Below, in pieces: positions 40,291 through 54,100 of a stretch of 64,000 nt of DNA (positions are counted from its first letter, which is position 1; each line of letters begins with the position of its first letter). The notes beneath the pieces were generated by a model. The model worked only from the letters and a program-made list of their open reading frames with translations. It had not been told where the DNA came from and ran no database searches. The stretch is from Dicyema japonicum. Lineage: Eukaryota > Animalia > Dicyemida. The position numbers were made by a program, and so were the translations under genes. The stretch is from assembly GCA_011109175.1 (NCBI GenBank), contig RDEW01000004.1:892030-956029 (forward strand), given 5' to 3'.

Positions 40291-40619
40291 TCTTGAAAGA
40301 AGGGGATGCTTGAAAGAAGAGGTCGAAATTTTGATTTTTATATTATCATTAAAATGTGATTTAGGAGATTATTTTCACGATATGAGTCACGTGTCCAGGT
40401 CCCCAGATAGGAGAAATTTGAAAACCTCAATTCTCCAAATAGTGTTAAACTTTAGTCAACGATGTGCACCACACGTGTGGGTATTGGTTTAAGTGATATA
40501 AAAATTATTGATTATTTTACTGATTATTGATTAATAATAAAGGTCAAATTTTAATTGAATATTTATGATTATATAATTTTTGAACAAAAAAATAATAGTG
40601 TCGAAAATGAAAATGAATA

Positions 40620-40835
40620 AAAATTAAATTAAGGTATCTGAATGGCCATGCTATTTCCCCTAACAATAGCCCACGAGATACGTTCTCGGAACCAACCAGT
40701 CTCTCGCGGATCCTTGGTCACAGTTAGAATCATCGAGCCGATCTTACGAACCAACTCATCTGCTTGGGGGCCAAGGATTCCTGACGTTTCCACCGCGAAT
40801 GGAACAAATAGATACTCCTCCGAAATTCTCTGGTA
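40620..40835 (-). mobile_element. CRE-like 3' fragment
   Basis: FVPFAVETSGILGP..DPRETGWFRERISWAIVRGNS. Confidence 0.75.
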
Positions 40836-40849
40836 CTATTTTTAGAAAA

Positions 40850-42430
40850 CAAGTTTATGACAATTATTAACAAAAACATTGTGTTAATTTCTAAAATTCT
40901 AAATTATGCCTTTTAAATAGTCAAGAATTTCGCGATTATCGAAACCATTTACAATGCGTTGAATTCTTAAAGCATTATCTCTGTATTTTTTTTTGTGTAG
41001 GACCTTCCCCACCACCAATTACTTTTCAGTTTTAATTTCATTTCTTGCTTGTTCTTTCTTCAAAACATCAATAAATTTCTAAATCGTAGGATGACACGCT
41101 CTAATTAAAGAATTAAAAGATTGATGCCATCCTTCGCAAGAGTTATTTGTTTTACGCCCAGCAACTCTCGCTGCTTCAAAACAATTCCACTATTCATGGG
41201 CAAAACGTGGACAACTACCTACTTACTGCGGTCAGGACGTCCTATCCAAATATCTTCTACATAATCCAGTACAGATTGAGCTTTTTCAGGGAAACTATTG
41301 TAATCGCACAAATGTTCAAAATAATGAACAACGTGTAATGTTGGGACAAATGCCAGCGTCGCAATCATGCGCAGTTTCAAAGCAAATTGTGAATCTCTTA
41401 GATATAATAATTGTAATCTTTGTGATTGGTTGCATTTAAATATGGATTGGTACAAATGAAACAAACAGCCCTTCGTAGTGTCATCAGAAAATATAATATT
41501 AGATCTATTTATAGCTGCTTTTTCGAAATCAGTGATAATTGTCATCAGTGATAACGATGGCTACAATGATTTTAATTCCGAATAAAACTTTTTCATAACT
41601 TTCTTCAGTTCTGTTACATATTAAAATGTATGTAAGTAATAATACATCATTCTTCTCTAGTCCATGAATCGTATATAATTAATTAAACAAATATGGGACT
41701 GTCTTAAAAGTACCATCCGCATACCAAAAGTTTGTAGTGGAAAGCAAATTCAGATTTTTTCTTGTTGTAAAAATTATTGTTCTGTTAAGACTGTCTTCAC
41801 TATCAAACAATAGAAAAGGTTCATTGGCATAAGTGTATCTGTATTCTGGAGGTATTCTTAACTGGTCTATGTTAAGTGGATTAGGAGGAGCATGATCTTT
41901 TGTATTTCTTGAATTTCTAATGTTTCTTTTAATTAAAGAAGCTATGGGTAGTCGGGCAGACACCTCCAGTGGCAAACCCACACACACTTCAGTTGTAATA
42001 ATATGTGGATTATCTTGTGATGCAAGAGCTCTTCTTTTTATTTCTTGAGTAATTCTCTTTGATTCGACATATGCAGCATCACCAGCATGATTGTGTTCGT
42101 TGACTTTTTTAATAATGATGTCTCCCTTGGTGTGTACTCTCGCTTTACAATTAATTTTGTAGTAGGATTCACATTTCCATAATGTGACTTCGCCATTATT
42201 ATTATTATTACCCCCAGGATCACTGGGTCAAAGAGAAAGAAATAAAAGTTCTCATCTAAGTGATCCCAGACCGACAAAGGTGAGGACGAGTCCGGCGGGG
42301 TCGAGAATCTTGAACAGCTCTTCTCATTGGACATGGCTTCGCCATTGAATTTTTCAAAACAGTAAATGTATCCATCTTCAGAAAGTTTTCTCTTACTTCC
42401 ATCACTCATTACAAATTGCAAAGTTATGCT
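40850..42430 (-). mobile_element. Degenerate FLYWCH-MULE (Mutator-like) transposase
   Basis: GYIY..WKC..CKARVH..EHNH; WYADGTFKTVP; IITDFEKAAIN..GCLFHLYQ; TNNSCEGWH. Confidence 0.88.
42198..42336 (-). mobile_element. Short (TAA)n-tailed LINE 3' fragment inserted in the MULE gene; TSD cttcgccatt (42188-42197 / 42337-42346)
   Basis: Near-identical to 10741-10880; removing it restores the FLYWCH domain. Confidence 0.85.
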
Positions 42431-43143
42431 GTCAAAATATAAGAAATTAGCGACAGAATATCACTTTATAGTAATCAATTTATAACAATAAAATCGTTCT
42501 AGAGTCCAGCGGATATGATCGAGTGGCTGTTACCTCTGACTACTGCAAGAATATCCTTTGGAAAAGCCACTCGGTTTCCCGACGCTCCTCTGGTAATCAA
42601 TTATGATAATGACGATAAAGTACAAAAGAATCAAGGGCATTATCACCACATTACAAAAGAATTCAAGGACGCTACTTTATCAGTTAAAAGAAACACACAT
42701 GCAACCATTACTCTTGTGTTTAAGATAGAGATGAATACTGTCCTCAGCACTAAAGAAAACTGGCAATTTTATGTTTCAATCGTCGTATATAGATGAATAC
42801 TGACAGAGTTATTTATTTTATTATTTGTTAGCCACAGGCGTACAATCTTTGGTAAGCCTAGCAAAAACAGTCATTGTAATTAATCCAAGGAGGGAACGCA
42901 AAAGAGAACGTCTGCTTGTGACAACTAAATTGATCCCCACAATAATACATGGCAGGCATACGTCAACTTCTGAAGAGATGTGAAAAAATAGGTCTCTCTC
43001 TTCAATTTTCATAGGTCCTACCGTCACGGTGACTCCTATCGTCGAATAATATCCAAAATCGCAATTTAACTATAATATAAAAAATCAAAATTTCGACCTC
43101 TTCTATCTAGAAACCCGCCCACGTGGTTCCTTGATTTAACTGG

Positions 43144-43209
43144 GATGAATTTACCTCGCGATGAATTTACCAGCGATGAATTTACCGGCGATGAATTTAC
43201 CGGTTACCC
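43144..43209. repeat. Four ~15-bp gatgaatttacc repeats ending ccggttaccc; likely a transposon (MULE-type) terminus
   Basis: Units at 43144, 43160, 43175 and 43190. Confidence 0.6.
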
Positions 43210-44048
43210 TAGATTTCCACAAATGCTATAAATAACGTACGTTTCAACAAACCTCCTGGATGTTCAACATTGATGGAAACGACTCGAAAAGTTCGATTGT
43301 CTTTACTATGGGCATTATCCCGCCTTATATACTTACAAGCGGTATATTAAACTATCACAACTGTTTCCTCCTTTCCCACCACAAACAAACAAGTCATTTT
43401 TTTGCCCAGCCCACCTTTGACTTATCGCCCCACTATATTTAATTAAGTATGCTATGCATATTATTTTCACAAAGAACTGTGGGTAAATAAACATGCAAGT
43501 TTAAATGGAGGTATGAATTTTTCCTATGGAATTTCAACTTAACTCATGTGCTCAACATAGATTTTATGTAAACTCTTATTGCCAAAACTCCCATATAATT
43601 TTATCGCATATGAAGATCACTATCTCAATTTAAGTTTATTGGGATGATTTTTGCTAGAACAACAATTTTAACTTTAACATCAAGAATTGGTATTATTTTT
43701 ACATAACTCATTAAACAATATCTTTTAGAGTTTCTTAATGGACAGATACAGAGTAAAAATCAAAGAAGTTTAGTCGGTAGCAGAGATTTTCTATGTTCTA
43801 AGGTTTACTGAAGTTATTTCTAAGGAGATTGGAGTTATATGTAAGAATTGTTGGGTTCGATAAATTATGAGTGAATATTTATGAACTTGGACGCTATCTG
43901 AGCTTAGTTAAGTTCCTGAGAATCTTGTATCCATTTCTTCTGAAGTTTAAATTAGACAAACGTGGATTTATAATGAGAGTTGAAAAGAAAAAATGATTTT
44001 TAATTGTTGGTAAGTTAAAATTAGTTATTTTGTTATTCGAACTTTTAA

Positions 44049-46564
44049 TTATTGTTGGGATTCCTTACTGAATGGACTTTCAGTTTTTCGTTTGTTGGCC
44101 ATTTGGTGGTCAACAATACAATTGCACTTTTTCTTCAAATTTTCGAAAGCCTTAGGCCACTGTCTGATTTTGTTATTTGAAACATCAAGAATTTTAATAT
44201 TCGGCAGTTTACAAATATTTTCGGGCAAAACTTCAATGTAATTTTCATCGACGAGTAATACTTCCAACCCTTTCATTAGATTAATCGTCGTGGGCAAAGT
44301 TGACAAATAATTAAACGAAGCACGGAGTTCAATCATTCTATAAAGATATGATATGTCCACTGGCAATTCATTGATTCTGTTTTCAGAAATGTCCATTTTT
44401 TTAACTGATCCCAAAATGTGCAGATTTTCTGCAGGAAAGTTGTTAATATTATTTTTGGACAAGTTCAAGTAAGTTAATAGCTTCAAGCAGCCAAAATTCT
44501 GTGGAAGTGACTGAATTTCGTTCTCAGAAACATCCAAGTGTTCCAACATTTCCAGAGTGATCAGACTTTCGTCAAATTTGGTCAGCGTATTTTGTGAAAA
44601 ATCGATCTTTTTCAAATTTCTTAGTTTACTCATTTGCGCTGGCAGAAATGACAATTTGTTGTTTGAGGCCGAGATCACCCTCAAGGTCTGCAATTTCTCA
44701 AAATTCTACGAATGCTAACCCACAGAAACCTCTGGAAACTGAGTAATATTGTTATTATCGAAATACAGCTCTTCCATAAGGCGGAGATTCGTCAAGGCTT
44801 TGGGGAGTTCGTTCATGTTTAAATTATTTAATTCAAGCACAACAATCGAGGTAAAATGTTCTCTTTTATATAAGGAAGCGAAAAAGGAACTACGCGGATC
44901 CTCGGATTCAGATCTATTGAAAATGTTTTAGATTTTGCTAACTTTAGTGGATTATGGGAAATTTTCACGCTTCTTACATTTGGGGAAGTCCACATATATC
45001 TAATTTGTTGTTGCACAAATGGAATTCTTTCAAATTAGTGAACAATTGGATTGCCTTGGGCATTACTGAAATTTGAAGATTATCCATGTAAAAGTATTCC
45101 AGAGATTTAAGCTATAAAATGGTAAATCAACCTAAAACGTTAAAAATATTCTCTGAAAGATGTGTGATTGGGTTATTGCTGATATCCAAGTATTTTATAA
45201 GTTGCATAAATCCGAGTTTTTCTGGCAGTGACTGTAATTGATTTTCGGAGACAGTAAGTTTTTTGAGTCTGTAAAGTTCATTCAACGATTCTGGAAGAAA
45301 TCTGAAAGATTATTTAGTTTTAACAAACGTGAGCTGATTCCGAGAAGCTATAAATGTTTCGAGAAAAATTAAATCCTTTATATTTTCTGAAATCTCCGTG
45401 AGAAGGTTGTCTGAAACATCCAAAGTGTGGATTGATTTTGAATCCATGAGAGCTGAAATATCTTGAAGTTTGTTTTTTGACAGATTTATGTGTTTGATGG
45501 ACCGAGTTTCACTGATTGTGACAGGAATTCGAATTAACTGATTTTCAGATAAATCGAGGACTTGTAACTTTTTGTATTCGTTGATGTCACTAGGAAATTC
45601 CTCCAATTTGTTATTGGCAAGATAAAGCTCAATCAAATTATATTTCAAATCACAGATTGCCTTAGGCACACTTTCAATTTCATTATTGGACAAATTCAAG
45701 TAATTTAGGTAACAGAGGTTCCCAAATGAGTCGGGAATTTCGAAGATGTTGTTATTCGACAGATCCAACTTTCGTAAAAATGAGACTCTGTCGATTGTCT
45801 GTGGAAGCTTGGATATTGAGTTATTCGAGGCATCCAGTCTTTTAAGGGTCGCCTTTTGCTTAGCTCCAATCGCAGGCAAGGCTCCAAGTCTGTTTTTCGA
45901 AATGTTAAGCGATCCTGTCAGCTCATAAGCCTGCTTTTTAAAAGTTTTGATTAAATTGTTTGAAACGTCAAAATTTTCTATGCTTTTAGCTTTATTTATT
46001 GCCGCAGGAAGTGCTCTTATCTTGTTCATACTTAAATCAAAGTCATGTAGTGCACTTGCTTTTGGTAATGTGGTGGGATCTTCTTGATTAAATTACTGGA
46101 TAGGTCGACTTCTTTTAGTTCCTTCAGACGAAACATAGATGCCGGTATTGCTCCAAGTTGATTGTATTTGGCGTCGATTTTTTGCATGGCGTAGAGAGAA
46201 TCGATATCTTTGGGTATCTTCTTAAATTTATTGTTAGAAATGTCCAATTCTGATGCCAGATCACAAACCTGGAAGGGTAAAATTCTAAAATTCAAACTTC
46301 TTCGTTTTTCAGTAATTCGGGAGGAATCGCTTTGATTTGTTGAGAAGCATATTTTATAAAAACACGTTTCTTTCCTTCTGTAGCGTGCTTAATATGAATA
46401 GCCAAGGCTCCGGGTAAAGCTCTAATTTATGTAAAAGTCACATTACTTAATTTTACTCCCAGGGCCAGTGGGGGAGCTGGCTTTGATTTTCCCTTTTTGC
46501 CAGTTCCTGACATGGTCGATCTCGATGTTGCTGATTTTGATTTATTTTCCGTTGCTGTTGCCAT
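44049..46564 (-). CDS. Long leucine-rich-repeat protein (>20 LRRs, no other domain recognised); several mini-introns; two apparent 1-nt deletions (~46070, ~45005)
   Basis: Continuous LxxLxLSxNxL/IxxLP repeats in ORFs 46032-46295, 45310-46029 and 44049-44693, joined by short GT-AG introns. Confidence 0.85.
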
Positions 46565-47540
46565 ACCAAATAATTAGGCCTAACAAAATATCAAAAATTT
46601 AAATTTCAATAATTTATTTAAATTATCTAAGCAACAAACGTTTCCATGCAACCAAATAGAATGTACAAAGCTTTAATTGCATACATTGGGTGTCAGATCT
46701 CCGCTTCTGAGATATAAGATCCACTATGTTCGTTTGTGTTAAGATCTGAAAATGATCTGTCAGAAGTTCATTTCCCGTTTCGAAATCCTGTGCAAACTCG
46801 AGAGGAGGCTTTTCCGGGAAGCGGAAGCACAGAAGTATGATATCGCTGCTAATTGCTGAAACTGGGATCCCCGAACTGTATAGCTTAGCTTTTTCTTGCT
46901 TTCTTGGTGACATTGGCTTTCTAAATAAGTGGTTAATTAATCAAAAGTATAGGTGATGACTTTCCTCTATTGCACAAAAAGTCTGTTTTTTTTAATGACG
47001 GACAGAGCGACTGGATATTTAGTTGGCTAATAACAAATTTTGAAGGTAAATAAAAAAGAGTTATTGTTAATAATTAGTTTCAACACAAAATAATATTAAG
47101 GCAAAAAGAGGACAATTGGTGAAATTCCAGTAATATAAACATAGCTATTTATGTGGTTTATTGGTCAAAAGGGTATCGCATCATGATGATAAAAATATTT
47201 GTGTTTTTTAATATCGTGAGCATTGATAAGTAGATGAATTAATGGAGACATTGCAATAATCCAACGAATTTTCTAAAATAATAGAATATTTTTAATTTGT
47301 TCTTAACTAAAATTTCAATTTGATTATAAAATAAAAATTTTAAAATATATCTCAACAAGTCTACATTGATAAAAACTGGGTCACGTGTTCATAGAAATTT
47401 GGTGCTAATGTTATATACCTTATATTTTTGTGATTGTGTTCTAATAAAATTATAACTTCCTCAGAATAAAATCAGACTGTCCCCAGTAAATTTTATTTTT
47501 CATTGTTTGTTTTTATTTTTTTTCTTGATCCATTGAATCA

Positions 47541-47898
47541 GGAATATCGAGGAATGCTTTATATAAGAGCTTAGAAGTACTGGAATCCCGATGGAAGGTC
47601 TTCGGACATGTGCTGAGGATGGAATTAACATCCCCACCGAACATATCTATGGAAACATACTATGTTAGTCAAGAAGGCCGCTATCGTAGAAGACCTAGAA
47701 CAACATTGTCAATAGTCTTACAAAAGGACCTGGTCAATATCAAAAAAATCTAAAAATGCCGACGACCTGGACAACATGAGAGCTTTGGCTAGGAACAGGG
47801 GAGCTTGGAAAAGGATGACATCTAACCTTGTTTCTTTTGCTGCACATGCGGGGCTATAAATAGTATGGCTCTCGTGAAGTGCTTAAATAATAAATAAT
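47541..47898 (+). mobile_element. RTE-clade LINE 3' end fragment
   Basis: RWKVFGHVLRM..GAWKRMTSNLVSFAAHAGL* is homologous to the C-terminus at 53687-54037. Confidence 0.8.
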
Positions 47899-47903
47899 TG
47901 AAT

Positions 47904-48860
47904 CAGGGGTAGGCAAATGGCGGCCCGCGAATAAATTTTATAATACTAAAGGAAATTGGCCCGCGGACCAATTAGTAAATTTTTTATATTAAATTTCTAA
48001 ACGTGCTAATAATTTTTTTGTTTTCAACTCCAAAAAAATGAAAGATTTTCAAACTCGTACATTTAATGCAGATCGGACTAATGACTATTTCTATTGAGGT
48101 AATGGAAAACCTATATGCCTGATATGCTTTCATAAAGTTGCTGTCCAAAAACTTTATAACAAGCGACATCAGAAAACTCGGCATTATAAAAAATTCAACA
48201 AGTTTATATGAGAATCACGCTTAATTAAAATTAAGAGACTGGAACACAATTACCAAATGCAAACAACATTTTTTTATAATTTGAGTTGTAAAAAAGACGA
48301 TATCACACGTACTAGTTACGAAATTTCAAAGATAATTGTGAAACGAATGAAGCTATTTACAGACGGCGAATAAAAGAATAGAAAAATGTCCTTGGATTTA
48401 AATCTCTCTTTAAACAACTTTTTTGAAATTTCGAATATTTTTCAATCCTATTGGATACTAGTGCTGACAGAAGAGATACTTCTCAGTCTGCCGTATTTGT
48501 ACGAGGGATAACTGAAGCATTTAAATTTTTTAAGAATTTGTCAGAGTCATTCAAATGATGGGTTTAGTGGCAGGAACGACCTTAATGTAACTCTTAACAG
48601 AATTAATTTTCGAAATTTCCTTCTATGGTCGGGACAAAAAAGGAAGGAATTAAGAAATGGAAAATCTTGAAATTCAGTACAATTTGATCAATTTTTACTG
48701 TATTATTCATCAAGAAGAGCTTGTTGCCAAATCAGTCAATTACGCGAAACAATGGATGCTGCTGTTAATGCAGTTAATTTTATCCCGAGGCTTAAATCAG
48801 TGGTTCTCAACCTTTTTATTTAATTGCCCCGCAAATTTTTTTCGCTCCTTATTTTAAAAG
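47904..48860 (+). mobile_element. Degenerate hAT (SPIN/Buster-like) fragments
   Basis: TIR-like caggggtaggcaaa..cggcccgcg; FYCIIHQEEL motif; a second TIR-like cagtggttctcaacc at ~48798. Confidence 0.6.
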
Positions 48861-49935
48861 TCAAAAAGTTATTACCACGTACAGAAATTATTTAAGAAAT
48901 ATTTTTTTAATTTAAAAATCATAGTTTTAATGAGATACTTGTGGTTTATGAGCATTCACAAGATTCTCTAAATTTGCCTTTCTTTTCGTAATCCTTATAT
49001 CTCTTCTTGTACATTTATTTTGTGTCGTTTTTCCCGATGACATTTTTCCCATACTCAAATGTAATTACAAGTTAGACCTTGTGACTATTTCTACCTGTCT
49101 TTCGACTTAAAATGAAGAATATGTAATTAATGTTTGTAAAATCAATAATTTTCAGTGAAACTTCAAAATATGAAAGTAAATTGAAAAATTTATAAAATTT
49201 GACATTCACATAATTTCTTCATAATTAAAGCTACGTAATGAATTGATTAGTCAAGAATTTATTTGATAAAACTTTGATCAATCTTGCACATTCAATAATG
49301 AAGAAATAATAAAGTGACTAAAAATATACATGACCAAAGAGGTAATTTCCTTTTTTATCTGTTCTTCATCTTTTCTCGTTCCACAAGACTTGCGTCATGT
49401 TATTCAATTATATTTTCGTCAGTGTTTATCAACAGTATTCGTAGAATTAAGTATATTCTCGAAGCCATCGTCTTATCCGATATGATGACTTCACTTCTTA
49501 GCTATAATGACTTCATAGATCTAAATTGAGGATGCTCCCTCCCGCATCAAAATATCCATAACGGGGAATCAACAAAAGTGATTAAAGTCTTGGATTCAAA
49601 AGTTTTTGGTTAGTTCTTCACCGATTTAAAAAATCAACGATGGTATCGTATAATTTTACAAATCTTAAAACCTGTTTTTGCAATTATCTCTGCAACTTTG
49701 CATGAATAAAATAATCCAGAAACATTTTGAAATATACTTTTATTAAAACGGGAAGTTAAAGCCAAAATAATCAGTTATTTTAATTTTAGCCGGAAAGCAT
49801 AGAAGTCTCGTAGCATTTTTGGTGCCACATGTAAAATTTTTCTTCCAAATTGTTTAGCAGATTCTTTGTTTCCTCTGTTTCAATATTCTCCGTTTCTGAA
49901 TATCCACTATAGATATTATTTTTGTACTCTTCGCA

Positions 49936-51037
49936 CTATACATCAATTTTATCGTCTATAACAAGATTTAGAAGTTGATCTGTTAGACAGTCTGTCGCAT
50001 AGGAATCACGGTTCTTGTCGATTCTCTTCCAACAATTAACAATACATGCCGCATCTATTTTCTCCCAACCTTCCGAACTTAGTATCATGACATGACGCAA
50101 GTTTAATTTTGCAAAAGAATGTGCAAAATTGTTTTCGACATCGTGAAAACACAAAAATTCCATTAATAAACTTGAATAATAATTCTTAAAGGCCTTGATT
50201 ATTCCCATATCCAATGGTTGTAAATAGGACCTTATATTTTTCGGTAAAAATAAAAATTCGATATTTGAACATTAAAAAGTTTTATGGCATCCAGCGTTGT
50301 CAAGCAATAATAATATTTTTCTGTTGTTTTTGCGAAACAATTCATTTATTAGTGTAAGCCAACTCATAAAAGTCTTTCCAGTCATCCGTGCATTTTTAAG
50401 ACGAATACAATAACCCAAAATCTTGGACATCAAAAATTTTTAGGCACCGAGGTTGTGTATACTTTCCAATAATCAATGGGTCAAGTTTTTCTACAGTTAA
50501 ACTGCAGTATGATTTTTGGGGAGTTTTTTTTTATAAAAAAGCGGGGTTTCATCGCAATTAAATACATTTTGAGGTCCATAATTTAATACTTTCTCGTCAA
50601 ATTTTTAAAAATAATCTTTAACGTGAGATAAATCGCATGAGGCCTTTTCTCCACATATTGACTTGAATTGAAGCTCATGTCGCAATTTAAATCTATCAAG
50701 CCACCCATTGGAGGCTTTAAAAGAAGTAAATCCAATTTTTGAAGCTGTAACTAAGGCGATTTTTTTTCAAAATAGGGCCTGAAATCGGAATTTTATCCAC
50801 CCGAAGTTTTTGAAATACTTCAAAGACTTGATCATCAAATTTTTCTTTATCGGCTTTAAATGCCTCATAAAACTCAGAACTAGTATTGCCGCGGTGTGAG
50901 AAAAGTACAATATTTCGTTTGATTCTTGAAATAGTTCCTTTACTTGTCTTGTACTTTGTGATTAATTGCCTTTCAAATAAATTGTTCCTCATAATTTCTT
51001 TAGAAATTTTCAATTTAGTTTCGCAATCCATAACCAC
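49936..51037 (-). mobile_element. Degenerate pogo/Tigger (CENP-B/DDE_1) transposase
   Basis: ASNGWLDRFKLRH, FNCDET, LLLDNAGCH, LQPLDMGIIKAFKNYY. Confidence 0.88.
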
Positions 51038-51160
51038 AACAAAAATGAAAATTGAAAATAAAACAAAAAAATAATTAATTTATTATAATTTTTTTATCTT
51101 AAAAATTGTAAATATATGATTTTTCGATGCCCCAAAATTTCCATAATTTTTCGCAAAATT

Positions 51161-54100
51161 TGTCGCAGCCTGTTACATTTTTTCGACCTTGAAAAGGTCT
51201 TTTGATTATCCGACATTATTATTATTATTACCCCCAGGATCACTGGGTCAAAAAGAAAGAAATAAAAGTTCTCATCTAACTAAGTAGTGAGTCTAAACAT
51301 TACGGACAAGGTTTCGCAGTCCATGAACATCTTGTACCACGGATACATCAATTTTGGAAAGTCAACGACAGGATTAGTGTTCTGCAAATTAGGATGAATG
51401 ACATGTGCCCTTCCAAAAGCTACATGACAGTCATTAACGTGTATGCTCCACATAGTGGCAGATTTTTGAAAAATCCTGAGGAACTGGATGACTTCTACTG
51501 TCAACTATTGAGGACGTACTCGGAATACGAATCTTCGTCGTTGATATTTATTGCCAGGACTTTAACGCTAAAGTTGGGATGCGACGCAGTGGAGAGGAAT
51601 CGTTCATCGGCAGGCATGGACGGGGGTGGAGAAACACCCCGGGAATACTACTGGCCAATTTCTGTCAAGCGAATGATCTTTTCATAGGAAACACTGCCTT
51701 TATGCACCCAGCTCGCCACAGGAGCACATGGACTGGCCATAGAACGAACTCGGAAAACAAAAGTGTCAATATTTATAATCAAATTGATTACATCATTTGT
51801 CGGACCAAGGACAAACACCTACTGAATGATGCCCGTTCTTATGGAGGGTCGATGATAAATAGTGACCATAAAATGGTTATTGGCAAGTTCTCCTTGAAGA
51901 AATACTACATTGGAAGGAAGAACCTGAGTCTAAGCAAAACGCTACCACCTTACCATACCCATGTATATATGACTGAGAAGCTCTGGTCTCAGCCGCTGCT
52001 GGTGACAAACTACCAAAAACATATAGAGAACCACCTATATACATTACCAGCTAATATGACTATACAAGACCTATGGGATCAGACCAAAAGCATTATTTGC
52101 CTTGCCGCAAACACCCACCTTGGAGTGAGACGGCAGACAACCGGAAATATGTCACTTGGCCATCCAGACTCCTTATTACTGGCAAAACAACAACGAGAAA
52201 TATGGATACAGAGTCTAAACACGACGGATATACATATCAAAAACAAACTACGAACTGAACGAAATATTATCAAGAGAAGAATCATGAAGCTTAATAATGA
52301 ACACTCGAAGGATGTCTTCCTATCACATCTTAGAGAGCTGGAGCAACTAAAGGACAATGCACAAATGTTCGCTGCAGTCCGACTAATGCGAGGAAAGAAA
52401 AAAGCGACAGTACATGTTATGGATGGGAAGGGGAAACTTATCTTAAAACCAGACGAACAGATCGAATTGATTGCTGCCCATTTTGAAAAACTGTTCAATG
52501 CGAACGGCCAAGAACTGGCCCCTTTCATCGGAGAACCGCGGATGCTGGAAACAATTATCACATCTAAGGAAGTTCAGAGTGCGTGCAGTAAGCTAAAGAA
52601 TCACAGGAGCGCTGGACCAGACAACATCCCTCCCGAACTGCTGAAATATGGACCTATGCGTCTATTCGAAACCATTGCGACATTGTTAAATGGAATGTTT
52701 ACATCCAACTCTGTCCTACCACTGGGGAAAGGGACATTGATACCTATACAAAAGCCTAACAAACCAAAGGGACCACTAGAAAGCCTACGCCCAGTCATAT
52801 TGTTAAACACATTACGAAAAGTTCTTGCATCTGTTGCTTTGGACCGCTTAAAACATCCTGCAGGAAATTACCTATCAGCATGCCATAGTGGATTTCGTGA
52901 AGGAAGGTCGACAGCGGACATTCTGTGGAGCCACAGGTGGCGGTGTGCAACGGCTCAAAGATACAAAAATGCCACGACCATCCTGGGGATCGATATGTCA
53001 AGAGCTTTCGACACCATTAGCCGACACAAGCTAATGGTTGTCCTTCATCAATTTGTGGACCAATCATTGCTACGGATAATCAGAGTACTTCTCTCAAGTA
53101 CTGAACTGTCAGTCCGAATTGGGAGAACTCTATCCCGACCATTCAAAACTACAATCGGCACTCCTCAGGGAGACTCCCTCTCCCCCTTACTATTTGTGAT
53201 ATATCTCGAAGCTGCACTAAAGGATCTAAGAACTTGCTATGAAGGAAAAATAAACGAAGTCGTATACGCGGATGATGTGGATTTTATATCCGAGGATACA
53301 GAAGCTCTCACACATCTGCTGGAAAATGCACCGGACAAACTGGGGGAATGGTTCCTCATCGTTAACCGGGCCAAAACGGAAATCACGGAAATCAAAAGAA
53401 TGGACAACATCCTTAATGAACGTTGGCGACATGTTAATAAGCTTGGATCCCTACTGGGGGACACAGAAGACATCATCAAAAGGAAAACACTTGCAGGAGT
53501 AGCAATGCGAAAACTCAAAAAGGGATGGCTGAAAGGACTAGATGTCAATCTGCGGATACGCATGTACAATGCATTTGTGAAACCGATACTGACATACAAT
53601 GCTGGTACTTGGGCCTGTACAGGTGCGGAATCAATGGCTCTCGATGGGTTCCACAGAAAACAGCTTAGAGTATTATTTGGCATGCAGTGGCCGCCAGAAT
53701 CTCGAATACCGGTATTTACAAAAAATGCAAAAGTAGGCCTCTAAGCCTGGAAATCACTGACGCCCGGTGGAGACTGTTTGGTCACGTACTACGCATGGAT
53801 CTTGCTGCCCCGGCTAATGTGGCGATGGAGGACCATTTCATGTTCGAGGGCAAATGCTTCCGTGGCAGACCAAGGATGACCCTACCTATCATGCTGCACA
53901 AAGACCTCCAAAGGATAAAGAAATGCCTAAAGACGGGAGACGATCTGGACATGCTGAGATCGACTGCGTGTAACCGTGGAGGATGGAAGAGGCTAACTAA
54001 TAACATTGTTTCTTGTATTGCACATGCTTTGCTATAACTATTATGGCAAGGCGATAAGTGCTGTAATAATAATAATAATCTAACTAAATGATCCCAGACC

